Shown piece by piece: positions 44,201-53,200 of a DNA stretch of 64,000 bases. A program made the translations under genes and the position numbers. Each line of letters opens with the position of its first letter. The first letter of the stretch is position 1. The notes under the pieces are model-generated. The model saw nothing but the letters and a program-made list of their open reading frames with translations, was not told where the DNA came from and ran no database searches. Source of the stretch: Caecitellus pseudoparvulus (taxonomy: Eukaryota; Protista; Bigyra: Bicosoecida); NCBI GenBank assembly GCA_965644315.1, contig CBFFRQ010000068.1, positions 1,116,001 to 1,180,000 of the forward strand, written 5' to 3'.

Positions 44201-47200
44201 GTGTCCAGGGACGAATGGGCCACCTTGAAGGCATCAGAGAAGCTCGAGGTTGCTCTCGCAGGGGCTCACCCGGCTGTCGCGCTGGTTGAGGCGGGCAAGG
44301 CGGTGGAGCAGCTAACAGGATCGGCCCTCCGTGATCTCGACGCAGAGACACTGGAGAATTGGAGACGCGCCTTTCGCGGCATGCTGGAGGAAAGCGAACC
44401 AAACTATTCCGTTCAAGTTTTGGCTCACGCCGTGTTGGACCACGCGGCCCACACGGACCACGCCCTCATGTCAAGCAACACTGCACAGCAGCTGCTCTTT
44501 GACCTGTGTTCAAGCCTTGAGACAGCGGATGAACAGGTACTATCCTTGGTACAAGAAGCCCTTCTCTCTCTGGATAATGCGCTGGCTCTGCGTGTGGGCG
44601 CAACTCTTGCCGCCCTCCAGAGTGCGGCTCATGCAGCACGAGACACTTCCCTCAGCCTTGCGCAAGCATGGCACCTCTGCTCTGCAACTGACCACCAGCT
44701 AGCTGCTTGGGATGACGCACTGCTCGCATGCTGCTTTGGCGTTCCTGATGAGTCCATGAGCACTCTTGCAGCCATGGCACCTGAAGACTTGAACCCCCCG
44801 TCCTTCACAGCCTTTGCGTCGAAAGTTGACCGTTGGCTCCCAGCGGGCGCCCCCCATACCATGCTCCTTCACATGCTTTCCATAGCAAAGGCCAGCGAGC
44901 ACCCAGCGGTTGCACCACTTGTGTGTGCTGCAGCTGCGTCCCGCTTGTCTGTGTGTGTGATGGGATCCCCAGACTCAGCAGCAGCTGTCATGGGAGTGCA
45001 GGAGGTTCACGAAGCCCTTGCCATAGCCCTCCGTGACACAGGGCTGGCTATGGATTGGCTTCCATGGGCTGAAGGCATGATGAAGTTGGCATGCTTTCGC
45101 CTGGCTCGGCGCCTTCTGGACGATGCGCCCTCAGTCAGCCACACATCTGTCCGTGTAGCACACCGCATTCTGCAGCACGCTGCTGAAACTATGGGGCACG
45201 CAGAGTGGCAAAGCCGTCCACTTCCCCCTGGTGCATTGACTGCCTTCTTTGAGGTGCAGCAAGAAGTTGAAGATGGCGTCCGCGATGATGTGGCTTTCCT
45301 TGGTTCCATTGAACGTGTTGCTGCCTTTGCGGAGACTGCTGTCGATGCAGGCTATGCCGGCTCGGCTGCTCAGCGCCACGTGACGCTGTCACAGCTTCGC
45401 AGTCTCATTGACAGCAACACAGGGATTTCTGTGGGAGTCTCGGCTGTGCATGCCCTGCTGTCTGCCTTCCCCCTTTGCTTTCGCCTTGTGCAGGACCCTA
45501 CCTCAGGCTTGCTGTCGGATGAAGCAGCATGCGACCTAGGCAACGAGCTGCTGCAAGCCCGCGAGCGCTTACTCCAACGATCCAGTGTTGCATCAGGGAT
45601 GTCTTGGATAAAGAGAAAGCTTGGGGCCACCGTCGCCGCTGCCTTTTCACTCGACGTTCCGTCAGCTCTCCTGGAGGACTCTCGAGCGTCGGGGGAGCTG
45701 CCAGCTGACCTTCGGGCCGCTGCAACAGCAGAGCAGCTTTTGGGTGTCGCTTGGAGCTTGAACGTTCAACGGAACACAGCAGATGAAATGCTCACTTGGT
45801 GCATGGTGGTGGACGCAGCCATGGACACATCTCAGTGGCTCCATGCTGCTGCAGCAGCGTTCACGTGCCTCATACGTGCCCAGAAGTGCCGCGATGTTGA
45901 GGCGGTCCAAGCATGTGCAGGGCTCATCATCGAGCTCGTTGTTCGCCACTCAGGACTCTCGACGCCAACCTTGACCACTGGTACCCAGCTCCTGCAGTCT
46001 GCGTGCCCTGCATTGGCACGTCTCAAACTCAGCGATGAATCGATAGCACCGGATCGGCGTTGCCCGGCAAGTATCTTGCTTCACATAGCTAAGTGCGGAC
46101 AAGGGGTGCTTGATTGCGGACAAACTGGGACAACTGCTGCATTCCTGGACGCTTTCAATGCCTTTGTCGATGTGTTGTCGGTGCAGACTCTTGCTCGCTG
46201 CTGCAACCTTTCGCTGGATTGTTTGCTCCTCCCTATTGAAGAGGCAGTGCCTACCCTTGCGCCACTAGCGTCAGGGTCCCCCTTGGCCTTGCTCGTGGCT
46301 TATGCGGCGAAGTTAGAGCTCTCCGATGCCTCAGCGATGAGGATCGTGTCCTTGCTAGCAGAGGGGTCAGCCCCATCTCCAGCTCCCGGAGGGACCATTC
46401 GACATGGGGTGGCGATGTGCCTCTTCGCAGTTCTAGATCGTCAGCTCAGTGCGTCAGCTGCAGCCTTTGCTGCCTGTCCCGAGCCTTCCCTGCAGGCTAC
46501 ATTGTTCTTGGGGGCTGCCTGCTTCGGCGCTGAAGCAACCGCTGCCCTTGCCCAGTGGCTTCCACATGAGCAGTTTCAAGAGCAATTGGTTGGTATGGTC
46601 GGCCCTACGATTCATCAAGCGCTCACAGCTGCGGCTCGGAGCAGCATTTTTGGCTCCTCTGCTGACTCTGATGGGGATGGGGAGATCTTCGAGCGGTTTG
46701 CTGCTCTCACCGGAACCTCCGCAGCGAAGAAGCAAAGTGTCAATCTGAGCTTTCGAGATGTTCTGAAGGATGCGGCAGCTGCCCTGCTCATGCTACCCCC
46801 TGTTGTATTGGACGATCAGAACCCACCATCGGACCACGTGCTGGTCATTTCCAGTGTTCATGTTGCCCAAGCATTCGCAGTGAAGCAAGGCGCTGTGTCT
46901 GAAAGAGAGATGTGCAAGCAAGTGCTTTCTGACTGCCTCGACCTCGGACGAGCAGAGGCTCAGTGCAGCTTCCAATTCGCGCAGGCGTTCAGCAGTGATA
47001 CCTCGAGTTCCGAACTGTCTGAGCCTGTGGCGATTTTCTGGTGGCTTGTGCATTGCTTCGACAGCTCTGCAGCTGCGCTTGTCCTTCACATCATGGGACA
47101 CGCACACCGCTTGCCTGCGCGTGCCCTGAAACCTGCTGCGGCAGTCTCTTCAGTCATCCACGACCCCTCAGTTGTTGAGGCTATGTCAGGCGCCGATGAA

Positions 47201-50200
47201 GTGGAGCCTGGGTGCCGTCATGCCATTGCCTTCGCACATGCCTTGAGTTGCGCGCTGTCACTTGATGCTTGCCTCGTGGCAGAGCACACTGCCGAGTGGC
47301 TCCACAGCATCGAGGCTTCAGCCACCCTTTGCCAATGTGGCGCAAGGGAGCACGCTTGGACCCAAGCTGTCGTTGAAGCTGCCACCGCTTTGCCCAGGCC
47401 GCTTTCTGGCGGAGAGTTGCTTGCGGCATTGGGGCTCACCTCCAGCCTGAACCTTGTGCGTGGCGTTGGTCACGCGTGTGACGCTGACCCACTTCTAAGC
47501 GAGCAAGTAGCACTCATCTCTAGCAGCCTGCCGTTTGTCGAAGTGGAGCAAGAGCCGTTTCAACGTGCAGCACTGGTTTGGTCGAAGGCTGTGCGTGCTG
47601 CAACATTTAAGGTTTGGCTGTCCAGTGTACCTCTCGTCAACTCCGTGCTCGAGTTCTCATTAGGCCAACTCCCATCGGACTCTGAGGCACTTCGATTGTC
47701 TCCAAGGTTCCTTGTCGAAGCTTTGCTCACTCGTCACCTGTGGACGGCGGCCCAGCCAGGAGACGAGGCTCTTCAAGATCTGCTGACAGTGCTAGAGCAA
47801 AGAGGGAAGGTGGCGCCAGCAACTGCAGAGAGAGTCCTACTGCCACTGCTTCCTGGGGGAGACCAACTGTGGAGGAGCATCCTCCAAAGCACCTCAGAAA
47901 GGCTGGTGCCATGTGCAGAACATTCCCACATCCAGCTGGCCTCCCAGCACGAGGTGGTAGCGCTGCACCTTGCGAGTGTCCAAGCTGCATGGTGGCCAAA
48001 ACTCGCTGCCACAGCAGGCTTCTCTTCCGGAATGACGGAGTTTGGCAGGAGCTGGCTAGCCACTGTTAGTGAATGTGTCCGGGCTGCTGACGGAGACGTT
48101 CTCCTTGCAAATGTTTCGGAGGGTGTGTCTCATGCATTTGCTCGACATACCCCGAACTCTCCTGATGTTGCCATGTCAATTGCGCGGGGTGTCCTCCGAG
48201 AGATGGTATTTGACAGCGTTCTGCAGGCTGATCTATCTCACACCAAGCACCTGGCAACCATGGTTGCCCCATGCCTTGAAATGAGGTCCCCAGAATCACT
48301 TGTGAGAGAAGTCGTCGCTGACTCTTGCACGTCAATGGTGCAAGCTGTTCTTGACAGCCTCGGCGACACAGTTCAGTCAGAGAGCAGCTTGGAGAGCGCT
48401 GAAGATGAAGCCAACCAGCTGCTTGTCCTCCTAGATGCTACCCAATCAATGCTTGGTACAGACTTGGCGGATGTTCCTCGGACTGTTGTAGCTGCCGCAG
48501 AGGCCCTGGCTTCTGGTCTTGCGAGCTTTCCATCAGATTCGGAAGCTGTCACACGTGCCCGTGATGTGCTGTACGGCAAGCTGAGCAGCATGTCCTCTGC
48601 ATCTTTCTCCAGCCATTTTGAAGCAGGCGTAAGGAATTGGGTGAAGGCGCTCAAGGCAGCTGGAGTGCTGGATGCTGAAGACTTGGAGCGTGTCGCGCTG
48701 CCGGGTACGTTCTCCGCACCGACTGTGGCCGCATTCGTGGCTTCTTTGCTAGAGAGAGCAACTTGTACGCTCGGCGCGAAAGAGGTGCTGCTCCAAATGC
48801 TATGGTTGCTGGCTTCAGATGGTTTAGATCACCTGCCAGCACTGCACGACACTGACAGCTGGGTCGCTTGCGCGTGGGCCGACATTTGGGACGGCTCAAG
48901 CCGATTTGGGCACGAATCTCTGCTTACAAGCACAGCTGCACAAGAAGCAATCGCCGACTTGACAAGAAGCAAGCTTTCTCCAGGACATGTCGATGCAGCG
49001 CTTGTGCTTGCAATTGGGTTGTCTGGTGCGATGCAGGGAGCTGCCACGATCGAGTCCATCCGCTGCCTTCACACTGTGTTGTTGAAGCTGCTGGGCTCCC
49101 CATGCGCCCAGGCGGTGCATCTTGCGAAGGCACTATCCAGGTGCTTCGGGGCCGAGGTCCAGGTGGACGCGCCTCAAGAGCTGGTGCTCGCAGTGTCTTG
49201 CATGGTCGGTACGCAGTCTCAGAAGAGCCACGAGGCCCCAGCTGCACTGCTGCGTTCTGTATCAGATGCTATATCGCACAGCATACTTGGGTATGGTGCA
49301 TTGAACGATGCAAGTGGGTACACTTTGGATTTTCGGCCGACCCTGGCTGCCTCGTTTCAGCCCTCACCAGCTCTAGCCCGTGCGTACGCCCGAGCTTGCA
49401 TTCACTGTCAAGAGAACCGAGTGCTTGCAACAAGGGCAGGCGCCAAGTGTGCACAGGCACTTGTCCTGTCTCATGATAGCAACGCATTTGCAGACTTCGT
49501 CCACGGTGCGGTGGAGCACTGCTCCGATGCAGAGCTGCTTGCTTGGGCATGCACAGCGACTCAGAGCTTGAACTCGAGACAGGCACTCGTGCAGCTCTCT
49601 AGATTTTGCTCCGAACTCGAATCTTCGAGCCTGGCTGGTGCTCGTATCCAAACACTTTTGTCAGCTTCGATTGCTCCAGAGCTCAGGTCAACAGCGGCAT
49701 TTCATGCAGTGTTGGATTGGAGCACCCATATAGTCTGCGAAAGAGTGAACCAACCATCCAGCTTGCGCACAGGTGGAGATTTGGTTCGAAAACACCTGCG
49801 GCCACACACTGCATCACTGGAAGAGCCGTGGGAGACCTGTTACGAAGACGGTGATGTGAGCGATGTGGAGTCGGGTGGCGATGTGGGTGCTGGGGGCGGT
49901 GACGGGTGGGAGGGCTGGGGAGAGGAGGGTGGAGTGACGGCTGTGTCGGGTGGCGATGGAGGCGGTGTGGAGTCGGGTGGCGATGTGGGTGCTGGGGGCG
50001 GTGACGGGTGGGAGGGCTGGGGAGAGGAGGGTGGAGTGACGGCTGTGTCGGGTGGCGATGTGGGCGATGTGGAGTCGGATGGCGATGGAGGCGATGTGGA
50101 GTCGGTTGGCGATGTGGGTGCTGGGGGCGGTGACGGGTGGGAGGGCTGGGGAGAGGAGGGTGGAGTGACGGCTGTGTCGGGTGGCGATGGAGGCGGTGTG

Positions 50201-53200
50201 GAGTCGGGTGGCGATGGAGGCGGTGTGGAGTCGGGTGGCGATGTGGGTGCTGGGGGCGGTGGCGATGGAGGCGGTGTGGAGTCGGGTGGCGATGTGGGCG
50301 ATGTGGAGTCGGGTGGCGATGTGGGCGATGTGGAGTCGGGTGGCGATGTGGGCGATGTGGAGTCGGGTGGCGCTGGAGGCGATGTGGAGTCGGGTGGCGA
50401 TGTGGGTGCTGGGGGCGGTGACGGGTGGGAGGGCTGGGGAGAGGAGGGTGGAGTGACGGCTGTGTCGGGTGGCGATGGAGGCGGTGTGGAGTCGGATGGC
50501 GATGGAGGCGGTGTGGAGTCGGGTGGCGATGTGGGTGGTGTGGAGTCGGGTGGCGATGTGGGCGGTGTGGAGTCGGGTGGCGATGTGGGCGATGTGGAGT
50601 CGGGTGGCGCTGGAGGCGATGTGGAGTCGGGTGGCGATGTGGGTGCTGGGGGCGGTGACGGGTGGGAGGGCTGGGGAGAGGAGGGTGGAGTGACGGCTGT
50701 GTCGGGTGGCGATGGAGGCGGTGTGGAGTCGGGTGGCGATGTGGGCGGTGTGGAGTCGGGTGGCGATGTGGGCGATGTGGAGTCGGGTGGCGATGTGGGC
50801 GATGTGGAGTCGGGTGGCGATGTGGGCGGTGTGGAGTCGGGTGGCGATGTGGGTGGTGTGGAGTCGGGTGGCGATGTGGGCGGTGTGGAGTCGGGTGGCG
50901 ATGTGGGCGATGTGGAGTCGGGTGGCGATGGAGGCGGTGTGGAGTCGGGTGGCGATGTGGGTGGTGTGGAGTCGGGTGGCGATGTGGGCGGTGTGGAGTC
51001 GGGTGGCGATGTGGGCGGTGTGGAGTCGGGTGGCGATGTGGGCGGTGTGGAGTCGGGTGGCGATGTGGGCGATGTGGAGTCGGGTGGCGATGGAGGCGGT
51101 GTGGAGTCGGGTGGCGATGTGGGTGCTGGGGGCGGTGACGGGTGGGAGGGCTGGGGAGAGGAGGGTGGAGTGACGGCTGTGTCGGGTGGCGATGTGGGTG
51201 GTGTGGAGTCGGGTGGCGATGTGGGCGGTGTGGAGTCGGGTGGCGATGTGGGCGGTGTGGAGTCGGGTGGCGATGTGGGCGGTGTGGAGTCGGGTGGCGA
51301 TGTGGGCGATGTGGAGTCGGGTGGCGATGGAGGCGGTGTGGAGTCGGGTGGCGATGTGGGTGCTGGGGGCGGTGACGGGTGGGAGGGCTGGGGAGAGGAG
51401 GGTGGAGTGACGGCTGTGTCGGGTGGCGATGTGGGTGGTGTGGAGTCGGGTGGCGATGTGGGCGGTGTGGAGTCGGGTGGCGATGTGGGCGGTGTGGAGT
51501 CGGGTGGCGATGTGGGCGGTGTGGAGTCGGGTGGCGATGTGGGTGGTGTGGAGTCGGGTGGCGATGGAGGCGGTGTGGAGCCGGGTGGCGATGTGGGTGC
51601 TGGGGGCGGTGACGGGTGGGAGGGCTGGGGAGAGGAGGGTGGAGTGACGGCTGTGTCGGGTGGCGATGGAGGCGGTGTGGAGTCGGGTGGCGATGTGGGC
51701 GGTGTGGAGTCGGGTGGCGATGTGGGCGATGTGGAGTCGGGTGGCGATGTGGGTGCTGGGGGCGGTGACGGGTGGGAGGGCTGGGGAGAGGAGGGTGGAG
51801 TGACGGCTGTGTCGGGTGGCGATGTGGGCGGTGTGGAGTCGGGTGGCGATGGAGGTGGTGTGGAGTCGGGTGGCGATGTGGGCGGTGTGGAGCCGGGTGG
51901 CGATGTGGGCGGTGTGGAGTCGGGTGGCGATGTGGGCGGTGTGGAGTCGGGTGGCGATGTGGGCGGTGTGGAGTCGGGTGGCGATGGAGGCGGTGTGGAG
52001 CCGGGTGGCGATGTGGGTGCTGGGGGCGGTGACGGGTGGGAGGGCTGGGGAGAGGAGGGTGGAGTGACGGCTGTGTCGGGTGGCGATGTGGGTGCTGGGG
52101 GCGGTGATGGGTGGGAGGGCTGGGGAGAGGAGGGTGGAGTGACGGCTGTGTCGGGTGGCGATGTGGGCGGTGTGGAGTCGGGTGGCGATGTGGGCGGTGT
52201 GGAGTCGGGTGGCGATGTGGGCGATGTGAAGCCGGGTGGCGATGTGGGCGATGTGGAGTCGGGTGGCGATGGAGGCGGTGTGGAGTCGGGTGGCGATGTG
52301 GGTGGTGTGGAGTCGGGTGGCGATGTGGGCGGTGTGGAGTCGGGTGGCGATGTGGGCGGTGTGGAGTCGGGTGGCGATGTGGGCGATGTGGAGTCGGGTG
52401 GCGATGTGGGCGGTGTGGAGTCGGGTGGCGATGTGGGCGGTGTGGAGTCGGGTGGCGATGTGGGCGGTGTGGAGTCGGGTGGCGATGTGGGCGGTGTGGA
52501 GTCGGGTGGCGATGTGGGCGGTGTGGAGTCGGGTGGCGATGTGGGTGGTGTGGAGTCGGGTGGCGATGTGGGCGGTGTGGAGTCGGGTGGCGATGTGGGC
52601 GGTGTGGAGTCGGGTGGCGATGTGGGCGGTGTGGAGTCGGGTGGCGATGGAGGCGGTGTGGAGCCGGGTGGCGATGTGGGTGCTGGGGGCGGTGACGGGT
52701 GGGAGGGCTGGGGAGAGGAGGGTGGAGTGACGGCTGTGTCGGGTGGCGATGTGGGTGCTGGGGGCGGTGATGGGTGGGAGGGCTGGGGAGAGGAGGGTGG
52801 AGTGACGGCTGTGTCGGGTGGCGATGTGGGCGGTGTGGAGTCGGGTGGCGATGTGGGCGGTGTGGAGTCGGGTGGCGATGTGGGCGATGTGAAGCCGGGT
52901 GGCGATGTGGGCGATGTGGAGTCGGGTGGCGATGGAGGCGGTGTGGAGTCGGGTGGCGATGTGGGTGGTGTGGAGTCGGGTGGCGATGTGGGCGGTGTGG
53001 AGTCGGGTGGCGATGTGGGCGGTGTGGAGTCGGGTGGCGATGTGGGCGATGTGGAGTCGGGTGGCGATGTGGGCGGTGTGGAGTCGGGTGGCGATGTGGG
53101 CGGTGTGGAGTCGGGTGGCGATGTGGGCGATGTGGAGTCGGGTGGCGATGTGGGCGGTGTGGAGTCGGGTGGCGATGGAGGCGGTGTGGAGCCGGGTGGC